The notes under the pieces were generated by a model, which saw nothing but the letters and a program-made list of their open reading frames with translations, made no database searches and was not told the DNA's origin. Made by a program: the position numbers and the translations under genes. Source: an uncultured Trueperaceae bacterium (lineage in GTDB: Bacteria > Deinococcota > Deinococci > Deinococcales > Trueperaceae). Taken from it: a DNA stretch of 64,000 bases. The stretch lies in the NCBI GenBank assembly GCA_963799485.1, contig CAWCXJ010000013.1:384001-448000 (forward strand), read 5' to 3'. Each line of letters opens with the position of its first letter. Positions within the stretch are counted from its first letter, which is position 1. Below are positions 42,464 to 53,177 of the stretch, piece by piece.

Positions 42464-43791
42464 AGCTTTCCTCCTGGCAGCTCGCTACGCCCTGGCCGGG
42501 GCCGAAAGAAGGTTGCGCTCTGCTCAGCGTGCAGCCGGTCGCTCAGCCGCGCCCTCGGCAGCGCAACGTCGGTGTAGCGAAGTACGCTGTTTTTGGGTAT
42601 AGCCCGGTTCAGACGGCAGCCTCCGGAAATTCCGATAGGCAGCATGTCTTCCGTGACGGCGACCTCGGCACGCTCGCACACGCCGTAGGCCAGGTAGCCG
42701 CCGATACCGTCTAAGGTTTCCCCTGCTTTGAGGTCGCGTTTTGCCTGCGCCACCACCTCGACCCTAGGTGCACCCAAGGGAGCCATCACCGCGTCGCCAA
42801 AAAGCACGGCCCTGGCCACCGACGTGGGAACTTCCATATGGCAGAGGTGGTGCGGGGTCTTAAAACAGTAGAGCGGCCCGTCGCCGAGCTTGAGGTACGC
42901 CAGGTAAGGACGTTGCGACTCAAGCGTAGCGCCCGCATAGACGAACACCCCGGAGCTGGGTCGCGCGCCGACGAGGTAATCGACGACCCCGCCCAGAGGC
43001 TCGAGCTGCGTTACCTCGAAAAAGTGCGTGGCGTCTTCGGCGTCACCTGAAAAGCTCGGGCCGAGCATCCCGCGCTGCAAAACGGTCATCCCGGTCGCGT
43101 TGGCGACGCTCGCTTGCTCTAAAGACATCTTGGTGCCGTCGGCGTAGCTGGTTATCATATGCGGTTGCTGTCCCCACGCCTCGGCAAAACTCCGCTGCGT
43201 CGCGGGTGTGCGAAAGGGATCGTAAAGACCTTTGACGGTGCCGCAGAGGAGCGGCGTAAGTCCAAGACCCTTGACGAAACGGTAGAGGTTGACCTGTACC
43301 CCCGGATGATCTCCCTCGGTGCCGCTCAAGACGACCCCGGCACGGTCGGCGTAGACCTTGAGAATCGGCCCCAGGGTCGCGTCAAGCTCGGCGTTTAGCA
43401 GCAGCACGTGCTTACCGTGGGCGACGGCTTCTAAAACGACTCGAGCGGCGAACTCGACCGTGCCGGTCGCCTCGATAAGGGCGTCGATACCCTCTACTTG
43501 GCACAGCAACTCGGCGTCGTCGGTTACTGAGACGTGGCCCGGTTTCTGGAGGTTGGCCTCGAGGTCGGTAAGGCTCGTTACCTGGCGAATATCTGTTACA
43601 CCTGCAGCGTGGCAAGCCCGAACCGCCCGCTCGGCGTCCCGGTTGGCGACCGCGACCAACGCCATACCGGGAACACAGTTGACGATCTGCTGAACGATCC
43701 CGCTGCCCATAAAACCGGCCCCGATCAGCCCTACCCGGACAGGTTTGTTCTCTTCGGCCCGCCGCGCGAGCGCCCGGTCGACGATGATCAC
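42460..43791 (-). CDS. NAD(P)-dependent oxidoreductase with C-terminal SAF domain (homoserine dehydrogenase-like)
   Basis: GLIGAGFMG, NAELDATLGP, DGTKMSLE, AKRDLKAGETLDGIGG. Confidence 0.85.
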   Translation of the reverse strand: MIIVDRALARRAEENKPVRVGLIGAGFMGSGIVQQIVNCVPGMALVAVANRDAERAVRACHAAGVTDIRQVTSLTDLEANLQKPGHVSVTDDAELLCQVEGIDALIEATGTVEFAARVVLEAVAHGKHVLLLNAELDATLGPILKVYADRAGVVLSGTEGDHPGVQVNLYRFVKGLGLTPLLCGTVKGLYDPFRTPATQRSFAEAWGQQPHMITSYADGTKMSLEQASVANATGMTVLQRGMLGPSFSGDAEDATHFFEVTQLEPLGGVVDYLVGARPSSGVFVYAGATLESQRPYLAYLKLGDGPLYCFKTPHHLCHMEVPTSVARAVLFGDAVMAPLGAPRVEVVAQAKRDLKAGETLDGIGGYLAYGVCERAEVAVTEDMLPIGISGGCRLNRAIPKNSVLRYTDVALPRARLSDRLHAEQSATFFRPRPGRSELPGGKL

Positions 43792-44321
43792 TGCAATTCT
43801 CCGATAAGCGACCACTGCCGGTCTTTCTCGGAGACGACCGTAACCGGCAGAGGCCAGTCGATCTGCAAAGCCGGATCGTCATAACGCACCCCGCGTTCAT
43901 GCACCGGGCTGTAGCGGGCGCTTACCTGATAGATAATTTCTGCGTTCCGGGACAGCGTCTGATAGCCGTGCGCGAACATCTCCGGGACGTAAACTGCGCG
44001 CCGGTTTTCGGCGCTGAGTTCTACGCTTGTAGGTTGCAGATAAGCGGGCGAGTCCGGACGCATATCGACGATCACATCGAAAACCGCACCACTGACACAG
44101 CGAACGAGTTTGCTTTCCAGCGCAGGTGAAACCTGATAGTGGAGCCCCCGCACGGTACCTTGTTCGTAACTTTGCGCCAGATTACTCTGTACGACGGTCT
44201 GGGAAAGTCCGTGGACGCCAAACTCGTCTTGACAAAAGATGCGGGTAAAACTTCCCCGCGCGTCTTCGTGGGGTTCGGGATCTATGACGAACGCTCCCCC
44301 CGGCAACTCCGTAAAAATCAC
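43788..44321 (-). CDS. rfbC: NDP-4-keto-6-deoxyglucose 3,5-epimerase (RmlC family)
   Basis: DARGSF, GTVRGLHYQ, KLVRCVSGAVFDV, FAHGYQT, DDPALQIDWP. Confidence 0.9.
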   Translation of the reverse strand: MIFTELPGGAFVIDPEPHEDARGSFTRIFCQDEFGVHGLSQTVVQSNLAQSYEQGTVRGLHYQVSPALESKLVRCVSGAVFDVIVDMRPDSPAYLQPTSVELSAENRRAVYVPEMFAHGYQTLSRNAEIIYQVSARYSPVHERGVRYDDPALQIDWPLPVTVVSEKDRQWSLIGELQ

Positions 44322-45457
44322 GGTGCCACTTCACGAAACCGGTCGGGTACCGGCGTAGCGGACGGTACTTCAGCTGCCAGCATCATGTAGGCCGCGATTT
44401 GCCTCTCGCAGACGCTACGCATGTCTTCGCCCGCCGCAAAAGCCCTTGTCCAATCGACGATCCAGGAGAGGGTGGTCTCGACCGGGAGCAGCGTTTGCCA
44501 ACCGAGCCCGGCAGCAGCTTTAGAGACGTCGAGCTTTAAGAGCGTGTCCTCGTGGGGGTGTTTTGCGGCGACTTTTTGCGGTGGGTAGGGGCTCCCCCAG
44601 AGCTTGTGAAGTGCCTCGGCAACCCAACCGACCGTGCGGACACCGGCGTCATGAGGCCCGAAATTCCAGGCTTCAGCGTACTCCAACTCCCCTTCGTAAA
44701 GCCGTTCTGCGAGCATGAGGTAACCCCGGAGAGGCTCGAGCACAAACTGCCACGGACGCGTTGCCTGAGGGTTTCGCAGCTCCGTTCGTTCACCTTTTAG
44801 AAGCGCCCTGACGGTATCGGGAACCAGCGCGTCGCGTTTCCAGTCGCCGCCCCCGATGACGTTGCCCGCCCGGGCAGTCGCGAGCGCTACGCCGTGCTGC
44901 GCGTAGGTAGCCGGACTGAAGTAGGCCTGGCGGTAACTCGCGGCGACCAGTTCGGCACAGGCCTTACTGCTGCTGTAAGGATCGTGTCCACCCAGCACGT
45001 CCGACTCGCGGTAGCCCCAGACCCATTCGCGGTTTTCGTAGCATTTATCCGAGGTAACCATAACCACAGCCTTGACGCCGTCCACCTTACGAACCGCTTC
45101 CATAAGCTTGACCGAGCCGAGCACGTTGGTGGCGAAGGTCGTAACCGGGTCTTCATACGAGGTACGTACAACCGACTGCGCTGCCAGATGGATCACAATT
45201 TCCGGCTTGAAATCACCAAGTACCCGGCGTAAGTGGGCCAAGTCGCCTACATCGCCAGCGACCGAGGCCATACCTTCGGCGACGCGTCCGGCGGTAAACA
45301 AGTTAGGCTCGCTGGGCGGGGCCAGCGCGTAGCCGGCTACGTCTGCGCCGAGCTGCTGTAACCAGAGCGATAACCAGCTTCCCTTAAAACCCGTATGACC
45401 GGTAAGCAAGACCCGTTTGCGGTACCAAAAATCCGACGTTACGGTAGACATGTTCAC
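44318..45457 (-). CDS. rfbG: CDP-glucose 4,6-dehydratase
   Basis: TGHTGFKGSWL, TSDKCYEN, DPYSSSKA, RAGNVIGGGDW, RPWQFVLEP. Confidence 0.93.
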   Translation of the reverse strand: MNMSTVTSDFWYRKRVLLTGHTGFKGSWLSLWLQQLGADVAGYALAPPSEPNLFTAGRVAEGMASVAGDVGDLAHLRRVLGDFKPEIVIHLAAQSVVRTSYEDPVTTFATNVLGSVKLMEAVRKVDGVKAVVMVTSDKCYENREWVWGYRESDVLGGHDPYSSSKACAELVAASYRQAYFSPATYAQHGVALATARAGNVIGGGDWKRDALVPDTVRALLKGERTELRNPQATRPWQFVLEPLRGYLMLAERLYEGELEYAEAWNFGPHDAGVRTVGWVAEALHKLWGSPYPPQKVAAKHPHEDTLLKLDVSKAAAGLGWQTLLPVETTLSWIVDWTRAFAAGEDMRSVCERQIAAYMMLAAEVPSATPVPDRFREVAP

Positions 45458-46407
45458 GTTTCAACCCTCTCACTGCGTCTAGTCGCCCCGTTCTGTACGG
45501 GAGCGTTTGTCTCGGCAACCGCGAACTGCTTTTTCCAGTGCGAATAGCTCGGCAGCTGCTTTTTGGTCAGCGAGTTGAGATAGCGCCAGTCACGCCGCAA
45601 GTAGGCGTGACCACGAAACCAGGCCGCCAAAAAGTGTTTGAGCGTGACACGATTTTTAGCGAAGCGCTTGAGGTTGGCAGCAAACCCTAGAAACTCATAC
45701 AGCGCAGCTCGCGCGAGGTTGCGCTTGGCGATAAGCGTATCGAACAGATTGGTATATATCTGACCGTCGATGGTTTCTACGCCGTACTCGGGAGGAGCGC
45801 GGTTGTGAAGTGCTCTGGCGTCAGGTTCGTAGATAAGGGAGACGCCGTGGCTTCGCCAAAGCGCACCCATAAAGATATCCTCTGAAGTGCTGACACGGTC
45901 GTTCCACGGCAGCGTCTCGGCCAATACCTTGGGGTAAAGAAAAAAGGCTCCCAGCAAGAAGCTGGGTTCTTCGTCTTTCAGCGCGGGGCGCCCATAGCCT
46001 ATTGGGCGAAGGACGAAAGGGCCATCCCAGCTCGGCCCCCAGAATACCGAACCACATACCACAGCCCATGTTTGCGTTGACATATAACGGTCGTAAAGCG
46101 TTTTGACGGCGCGCGGCTCTACGTTGACGTCGTCGTCTATATTGAGCAGCAAGGGTTCGGTCGCAACGCTCGTACAAAAATTTTTTGAAGCGGAAATGTT
46201 TTTGCCCTGATGCCGGTAGAGCCTGACAAAAGAAAACGTCTTACAAACGGCAGCGGTGGCGTCTCTGGCGTCTACGGCCGGACTCGAGTCGCACACATAG
46301 ACAGAAAACCCGATAAACCTTCGGGCTTCTGCAAGCGCCTTTAGGCATTCGTATAGTTTGTCCGGGCGGTTCCTGGTAGGAATGACGATAGCAAGCCTTG
46401 GTTTCAC
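45454..46407 (-). CDS. Glycosyltransferase family 2
   Basis: IVIPTRNR, CDSS, NIDDD, SEDIF; likely start GTG 46407 (ORF open to 46665). Confidence 0.8.
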   Translation of the reverse strand: MKPRLAIVIPTRNRPDKLYECLKALAEARRFIGFSVYVCDSSPAVDARDATAAVCKTFSFVRLYRHQGKNISASKNFCTSVATEPLLLNIDDDVNVEPRAVKTLYDRYMSTQTWAVVCGSVFWGPSWDGPFVLRPIGYGRPALKDEEPSFLLGAFFLYPKVLAETLPWNDRVSTSEDIFMGALWRSHGVSLIYEPDARALHNRAPPEYGVETIDGQIYTNLFDTLIAKRNLARAALYEFLGFAANLKRFAKNRVTLKHFLAAWFRGHAYLRRDWRYLNSLTKKQLPSYSHWKKQFAVAETNAPVQNGATRRSERVET

Positions 46408-47048
46408 TAGGTCGTCCTCACTAACTTGCGCTCGAGTCGATAACCGGCACTCTTGTGTGAGCCACGGTTCCAGCCCGACATGGATGAGACCGGAGGCGAA
46501 ATCAGACCGGAGCGGGCGGCACTTGCGCTTGTAATACGTTTTTTTGGGAACCCGCCGAACTTTGAGTGAGCCCGGCGGGTAGAATAAAACGTTTTCAGGC
46601 CGAGAAACCACTTTTGAGCTGAGCCGGGGCGCTGGTGCATGATGATTATTATCACCCAGGTTCACAGCTCGCGGTGACGAATTTTCACTTTCAGCCTTTC
46701 ATCCTGGGCTCATAACTGCTTACCAACCTCTATTAGAGACTCAGGCACGCTACCAGTAACGCTTGACCCAAGATGCACGACCAAACTTTGATTCACGGCC
46801 TAATCGCTCAGGGCATAGTGAGGGTGACAACAAGCACGACTTGCAGCTAGACCCGGCCCGATCCAATTTGCCGCTTCCCTGACAAAAAATGGTGGAGTTC
46901 GTACTTAAAAGCCGCTAACGCGCCCGTTTGTCGAATCTCATCTGCGTCAACGCACACTTGCTACCGCGAAACATCTGAACTTACGGGGGTCTCGCAACAA
47001 CTTGCTTGCGCAGTCTTACCTTTACGGCCTCAAATAGCCGTAGGCGCG

Positions 47049-48542
47049 CTACTCGGTGACCGTGCGAATGTAGCGGCGGTATTCGCGGTTGTCGAGGCGC
47101 TGCTTGGCGCGGGTAGCGACGACTCCGAGGAGCGGAATACCCATCGCCTTGAGGCGCTCTGCGGCGGTACTCAAGCTGCGCCTGTCGGAACGCTTAAAGT
47201 TGGTGACCAACACGGTGTGAGTGCACAGCGGCGCGATAGAAAAGGTGTCGGCAACCGGCAAGAGCGGCGCGGAGTCGATGACGATCACGTCGTAATCGCG
47301 CTTCCACAGCTCGAGACAAACCGGCAAATTACGGCCCAAAAGCGGCGTCGCGGCGGGTCTGAAACCCGGTACGACGTCGAGGTCGCTGCCCGAGACGATC
47401 AGCTTGGTAGGCTGGTGTTTATCCGGGGCCGCGAGGTAGTCGAGCAGCGAGTCGTCGTTTTGGGGAAGGTTGTAGCGTTTGGCAATTGTGGGTTGCCGCA
47501 AGTCCGCGTCGACGAGCAGGGTGCGGTAGCCGTGCCGGGTCAGGCTTTCGGCGAGGTGCAGAGCGACGGTCGTTTTACCCTCGTCACTCTTGGGACTGGT
47601 TATCAAAATCACGCGTTTGCCCGGCGTCGACGACGCGAGCAAGAGTCGTGCCTGAAAGTAGTCGGCAGCTTCCCTTAAGAGGTGCGCGTTGCGCGTATCG
47701 GGAAACTCGGCGAGTACGGGCAGGTCGGTGGCCTGCCTGACTGCTTCGACGTCGCGCAGACGGGTGTCGAGCGCGCTGCGAAGCAGCGCCACGCCGTAGA
47801 CGACGAAGACCGTAAATACGGCTGCGAGCGCCGCGTAAAAGAGCGGGCGTGGCGTCACCGGTACAGGCGGCGGGGTGGCAGGTTCGACGATACTCAGCAG
47901 TCCGGCTGCCGAGTCGAGCAGGGCGCGCGCGTAAGAAAGCTCTTCTTGCTGCTGCGCCCGCAAGCTCACACGGTTGTCGATCTCGCTTTGGCTGGCGACC
48001 TCACCCATCAGCCTGAGCGACTCAACCGAGCTGTCGAGCGAGGTGATCTGCGCTTCCAGGGTGTCGATACGCTGCCCGATATTTTGGCTGGCCCGGCGGT
48101 AATCCCAGTCGACGAGCGCCTGGGCAACGGCGTTGGCGCGGCGCGCCGCAATCCGCGCGGTGCCCGCCTGCACCTGCACCTCGATGAGGTTTGAAAGCGC
48201 GTCACGCTCCCCTTGTACCGTCACCGAAACCGTGTCGCGCAGCTCGGCGACGCTCAAACCGCGCGCGCCGAGCCGGGCAATCGCGTCTTCTAAAACAGGT
48301 CTGGTCAGCGCGAGGTCGCTGTAGGCCGCCGCTTCTATCGGCGGCGCACTGAGCGAGGTCGAGGTCGACGAAAAGGTATTCGTCGATTTGGTCGCCAAAA
48401 TAACGGCGGAGGCTTCGAAAGTGGGCTCGAGCCGTTCGCTAAGAACGTAAACCCCGGCGGCAACGAGCGCGGCAAGCGGCAACGCGATCAGCAGCCCCCG
48501 CAAAAGAAATCTGATCAGTTGTCCTAAATCTGCTTCTTTCAA
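47049..48542 (-). CDS. Polysaccharide co-polymerase/BY-kinase (Wzz + CpsD/Wzc-like)
   Basis: Two TM flanking a coiled region; SPKSDEGKTT, VDADLRQP, IDSAP; short C-terminal Tyr region. Confidence 0.88.
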   Translation of the reverse strand: MKEADLGQLIRFLLRGLLIALPLAALVAAGVYVLSERLEPTFEASAVILATKSTNTFSSTSTSLSAPPIEAAAYSDLALTRPVLEDAIARLGARGLSVAELRDTVSVTVQGERDALSNLIEVQVQAGTARIAARRANAVAQALVDWDYRRASQNIGQRIDTLEAQITSLDSSVESLRLMGEVASQSEIDNRVSLRAQQQEELSYARALLDSAAGLLSIVEPATPPPVPVTPRPLFYAALAAVFTVFVVYGVALLRSALDTRLRDVEAVRQATDLPVLAEFPDTRNAHLLREAADYFQARLLLASSTPGKRVILITSPKSDEGKTTVALHLAESLTRHGYRTLLVDADLRQPTIAKRYNLPQNDDSLLDYLAAPDKHQPTKLIVSGSDLDVVPGFRPAATPLLGRNLPVCLELWKRDYDVIVIDSAPLLPVADTFSIAPLCTHTVLVTNFKRSDRRSLSTAAERLKAMGIPLLGVVATRAKQRLDNREYRRYIRTVTE

Positions 48543-48862
48543 CCCAAGCTCCTCGCTGCCCGCACCGCCTGCAGCAACCTAACAGACGCAGTTATCGGTG
48601 CCCGGCTCCAGCTAAAACCGCAGAGCCCCGGACTGCAATACTATTTTACGCATTCCGCCGCAAGCAGCACGGGCAAATCGTACCCAGCTGGTGTATAAGG
48701 GACGCTCGAGTCCGCCGGAAACCGACCAAGGAGAGCACGCAGAAGCAGGGTTCCAGGCGGTAACGTCCAACATGCTTGAACCGGGTTTTGTAAAAAAGGT
48801 CAAGGCGTAGCTGAAACGTGCCGGAATTTTTAAGAGGAATAGCCCGTGAACAGAAGGGGCGG

Positions 48863-50095
48863 TTACGCGACCTGAGGTTCGTACTCTTCTGACGTACCGG
48901 GTTCTTTGCTCGTTGCGGTAGCCGTGCTTGCGCTGCCTACGCCCAGCTCGGCAAAGCAGCGCGCGAGGCCGTCGGCCAACGCTGCCAGTGAAAACCGCGC
49001 CAGCGCCGCACGCCGCGCCGCCGTTCCCAGGGCCGCTGCCCGCTCGGGGTTCTCCAGCACCACCTTGATGGCGGCGGAGAGCGCCGCAACGTCGCCGGGC
49101 TCGACCATAAACCCGGTCTCCCCGTCATCGATAATTTCCGGGATCGCGCCCGCGCGCGTGGCGACAACCGGTTTTTCTGAAAGCATTCCTTCGACGACAA
49201 CCCGCCCGAACGGTTCGGCAGCGACCGAGGTGTGCGCGACGATATCGACGCACTGCATCAACTCGGGGACGTCACGCCTGAAACCCAAAAAGTGCACCCG
49301 GTTTTCCAGACCCAAACGCTGCACCTGTTCTCGCAGACACGCGGCGTAGGCGTCTTCACCGAAAAGCGCGTCACCAACGAGCAGCGCGTGAACGTCCGGC
49401 AGCTCGGTCAGGGCGTCAAGCAAAACGTGCTGGCCTTTCCATTCGGACAAGCGGCTGAAGACGCCGACGACCGGTGCGTCGCCGATACCAAGATCACGGC
49501 GCAGGTCACGGCGGAGGTCGGCAGCAGCGGTCGAGGCCTCGAGCTCGTAAGCAGCTACGTCGATACCGTTGTGAACGACCCGGACCTTACCGGCGCGCCC
49601 GCCACTCTCGACGAACGCGTCGGCTGTCGCCTGCGAGTTGGCGACGACGAGCGCCCCGGTAAGGTTGGCAAGCGCGATGACGAGCTTGCGGTTTGCGGCA
49701 CTAAAATGTTCGGCGGTCAAAATATCGTGCAAGCACCAGACGATTGGTTTGCGCGACGTCAGCGCGGCAAGTGCGCCGACCGTAAAAGCCTTTTGCGAGT
49801 TGGCGAAGATAACCTCGAAGTCTGCCGCCGTGCGCGCGACTTTGCGGGCGAGCGCCAAGAGTTCGGACGCTACGCCGAGGCTTTTATAGCCTTTTGCCTC
49901 CCGCGTAACGCCCAAAAGCTTTTGGGGTGCCGCCATCACCTCGACGTCGGCCCCGGCGTTACGTAGACTTTCGGCAAAGGCACCTTCGGAAAAGAGCAGG
50001 GTTTTACTTCCGCGACCGTAGTGCTTTAGGTAATCCAGCAGGTACAGCTCAGCTCCCCCCAGAGCGGCGGCGTGGCTTAGGTACAGGGTTTTCAT
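48863..50095 (-). CDS. Glycosyltransferase family 4
   Basis: GGAE, HNGID, RLSEWKGQ, EPFGRVVVEGM. Confidence 0.9.
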   Translation of the reverse strand: MKTLYLSHAAALGGAELYLLDYLKHYGRGSKTLLFSEGAFAESLRNAGADVEVMAAPQKLLGVTREAKGYKSLGVASELLALARKVARTAADFEVIFANSQKAFTVGALAALTSRKPIVWCLHDILTAEHFSAANRKLVIALANLTGALVVANSQATADAFVESGGRAGKVRVVHNGIDVAAYELEASTAAADLRRDLRRDLGIGDAPVVGVFSRLSEWKGQHVLLDALTELPDVHALLVGDALFGEDAYAACLREQVQRLGLENRVHFLGFRRDVPELMQCVDIVAHTSVAAEPFGRVVVEGMLSEKPVVATRAGAIPEIIDDGETGFMVEPGDVAALSAAIKVVLENPERAAALGTAARRAALARFSLAALADGLARCFAELGVGSASTATATSKEPGTSEEYEPQVA

Positions 50096-50617
50096 AAGTG
50101 CATCCTTTCAAGGGGGAAAGTCGGTCGGTAGCGTTCATAAACCGGGACGGTGTAAAACTTCTTGAAGCGTCAGCGTAAATACTTATGTGCATCATCGAAC
50201 CGGCTGATTGATTACAACGAAACCGGTTCAAGCGGTAGCTTTTTTGCTTGAAAGCGTGGGTAGCTTTGCAGAATCAGCGGTAGAACTCACAGCAGAACAA
50301 GCGCGAGCAGGTGAGGCTCGAGCTTATAAACCCTGTGCCCACGGCTGCATGTCAAGCGCCGTAGCTGTCGCGGTCTTGCTCGTCTTCGGTTGAAACCGGG
50401 AAGCTGCCCCCCCCACAAAACAAGAAGATGTTAAATATCACCAGCGCGGTTAGAAGTAAGAGAAGTCCAAGTGACATACCTCACACTAGGCGTTTGTGGA
50501 GGGCAGTGTCAATGCTCTAAAGGACAATACTCTTGGAGTACAAAACCCGTCCAGGACGGCACTTTTTGGACAGTGGCCTTGTTCGCAAAAAGGCTTAATT
50601 CTTTTCCAGAAAAAGGA

Positions 50618-52882
50618 CTACGCCTTTAGGGTTGGCGTAGGCTCGGTGAGTGTGGTAAGGAGTGCTTGGCTCAGCGACCGGGCGGCAGCCTTGTCTAAAA
50701 GCTGGTTGCCGTTGCCGCATTTGGGCGAGAGCACGCACCGCGGACACCCGCTCCGACACGGGCAACGCGTAAGCAGTTCATATGCCGCCTTCAGCCACCC
50801 GACAAACCTTGTCGCACCTTCTTTGGCGTAGCCTACACCACCGGGATAGCCGTCGTAAATAAAGATCGTCGGCAGACCGGTCGCAGGATACGCCGGATAC
50901 GAGACGCCGCCCACGTCGGCACGTTCGCAGAGGACGAACGCGGGCAAGAGACCGATGAGGGTGTGCTCGAGCGCGTGAATAGCGCTCGGCAACAGGTTTG
51001 GCGGCACCGCCCCGGCGACGCCTGCAACCTCGAACCAGAGCGCCTGCGTCGGATACGAGGCGTCAGGCAGGTCTAGGGGACGTTCGTCTAGAATCGTCTC
51101 GTGGTAGAGGCGTTTACGCACATACGAGGTAAACGCGGTCGTCACCTGAACCCGGCCCGTGTGGACAGGGCCGAAGCGCTCGGCCTCGCTTAAGACCGTA
51201 ACGTCGGTTTCGGAACGCACCTGCGTGTAGGTGTCCTCGAGGTGTGGCAGCAAAAATGCTTCGCCCTTTTCCAGATCCAGGTTACGCACAAGGTAGTTTT
51301 CGCCTTGATGCAAGTAGACCGCGCCCGGATGAAGCTCACGGAGCGCACTCACCCGGTCGGCCTCGCCCAAATTGCGCCCCGGGTTGTCACGCAGCTTGAT
51401 ACGCCCGCCACCCGTACCGCGCACGCTTAAGTTACGGTGCGGATAACTGCCCCGGTAGACCCAGCGTCCCCGGTAGGCCGTAAAACCCGCCAGCGACGCC
51501 AACGCCACCCCGCCGACGAGCGGCTCATGGGGCCCCAGCGGCCTTTCGACCGCCGCACACGCCAGATGCTTGGGGTGCAGTTCGGTATTAAAGGCGTCGG
51601 CGACCGCGTGTTCGGCGCGGCCTTCGGTGATCATTTCAGGATGCGTAAGGTAATACTCGTCTAGCGGGTCACTGCCCGGAATGAGCAGTGTCAGGGCGCG
51701 CGTACCGCCCCGACCCGCACGTCCGGCGCGTTGCCAAAACGCCGTCAAAGACCCCGGATAACCGACCAACACAACCGCATCGACCCCGCCGATATCGACG
51801 CCCAACTCGAGCGCACTCGTCGCGGTCAAGACAGTGATTCGCCCCGCCTTGAACGCCGCTTCGATATCCCGGCGGTCGCTGGCCTTGTAGCCGGCCCGGT
51901 AACTCGACAAACGCGCCTTCTCGTCGTCGGTCAAGCTTTCAGCCGCGTAACGGCGGAGCAGTTCGGCGGATTTGCGCGAGTTGCAAAAAAAGATACTCTT
52001 AAGCCCCGTTTTGACAAACAGCGCGGCAAGGTCGGCAGCTTCGGCGTGGGTGCTGCGGCGGCGCCCGTCTAACCCGGCCTGACCGGGCAGGTCGGGGGGA
52101 CGCCAGAAGAGCAGTTCGCGTTCGGCGCGGGGGCCTTCGTCTTGGGTCACGGCCTCGAATGGGAGCCCGGTGAGGTTGTGGGCGTGCTCCGCCGGATTAC
52201 CGATGGTCGCGCTTGCTGCCACGATCTGCGGCGACGCGCCGTAAAACCGGGCCAGCCGCAAAAGCCGCCGCACGATGTTGGCGACGTGCGTCCCCATCAC
52301 GCCCCGGTAAGCGTGCAGCTCATCTAAAACGATAAGCTCGAGGCTACCCAAGAACCGGGCCCAGCGCGCGTGGTGCGGCAAGATACCGTAGTGGAGCATG
52401 TCCGGGTTGGTCAAGATGCAGCGCGCGTGTTCGCGCACAGCCCGGCGCTGCTGAACAGGCGTATCCCCGTCGAACGTCGAGATAAAACCGCCCAGCCCCA
52501 ACCCCTCGGCGAGACCCGTGAGTTTCTCCAACTGGTCGAACGCCAGAGCCTTGGTCGGAAACAAGTAGAGCGCGTGTTTTTCGTGAGCGAGCGCGTCTAG
52601 GGTCGGGATTTGATAGCTGAGCGATTTTCCCGAAGCCGTCGGCGTCGCCACGACGACGTTACGCCCCGCTGCAGTGTGGCTGAGCGCCTCGGTCTGGTGC
52701 CGATAGGGAGAGATGCCAAGGTGCGCTAAAAGCGCCCTGTAACGCGCCGGTGCTGCGACCCGCTCGCCGGTAACGCGCCCCGGCAGAAAACCGAAAAACG
52801 CGATCTGGCCACGGTAGCCCGTTTGCGCGCCGAGCCAGCCGTGATACGAACGCCTTTGGGCAAGTGCGCCGGGAAGTTTCAT
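50618..52882 (-). CDS. DEAD/DEAH-box helicase with C-terminal DUF1998 (MrfA/Hrq1-like)
   Basis: TPTASGKS, DELHAY, SATIGN, ALELGVDIG, QRAGRAGR, YDGYPGGVG, CPCRSGCPRC; likely start ATG 52882. Confidence 0.9.
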   Translation of the reverse strand: MKLPGALAQRRSYHGWLGAQTGYRGQIAFFGFLPGRVTGERVAAPARYRALLAHLGISPYRHQTEALSHTAAGRNVVVATPTASGKSLSYQIPTLDALAHEKHALYLFPTKALAFDQLEKLTGLAEGLGLGGFISTFDGDTPVQQRRAVREHARCILTNPDMLHYGILPHHARWARFLGSLELIVLDELHAYRGVMGTHVANIVRRLLRLARFYGASPQIVAASATIGNPAEHAHNLTGLPFEAVTQDEGPRAERELLFWRPPDLPGQAGLDGRRRSTHAEAADLAALFVKTGLKSIFFCNSRKSAELLRRYAAESLTDDEKARLSSYRAGYKASDRRDIEAAFKAGRITVLTATSALELGVDIGGVDAVVLVGYPGSLTAFWQRAGRAGRGGTRALTLLIPGSDPLDEYYLTHPEMITEGRAEHAVADAFNTELHPKHLACAAVERPLGPHEPLVGGVALASLAGFTAYRGRWVYRGSYPHRNLSVRGTGGGRIKLRDNPGRNLGEADRVSALRELHPGAVYLHQGENYLVRNLDLEKGEAFLLPHLEDTYTQVRSETDVTVLSEAERFGPVHTGRVQVTTAFTSYVRKRLYHETILDERPLDLPDASYPTQALWFEVAGVAGAVPPNLLPSAIHALEHTLIGLLPAFVLCERADVGGVSYPAYPATGLPTIFIYDGYPGGVGYAKEGATRFVGWLKAAYELLTRCPCRSGCPRCVLSPKCGNGNQLLDKAAARSLSQALLTTLTEPTPTLKA

Positions 52883-53177
52883 CGCGCCCACAACTTCATC
52901 ACGTTTACAAGCGTACCTCCCAGGAACACCCGGTACGGTTTTGCGGTGCAGGAAGAGGTGCACAGGTAAAACGACCGACCTCGAGCGGCGTTCCAGGGCC
53001 GCAAAGCAAATTGCAAATCGTGACCAAAGCTCAGCTTCGCTTTACCCTTATTAGGCAGACTTCGCTGGAACGGCCCGTAAAAAGGTGGCTCTCACAGCAG
53101 ATTCTCACAGTGCTTTCCGGTCACGGAGGACTGTGCTAGACTCTGGTGTGCCATTTCCTCTAGGTCTCAACTAACTT

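Noticed and set aside
46860..46930. tRNA-like CTCCACCA end on the minus strand
   Set aside because: No T-loop, D-loop or cloverleaf could be built
50208..50393. 61-aa ORF in the intergenic region
   Set aside because: No RBS, motif or supporting context
50618..52882. DUF1998 helicase as part of DISARM/Druantia defence
   Set aside because: Stand-alone, host-like GC, no partner genes; fits a housekeeping repair helicase
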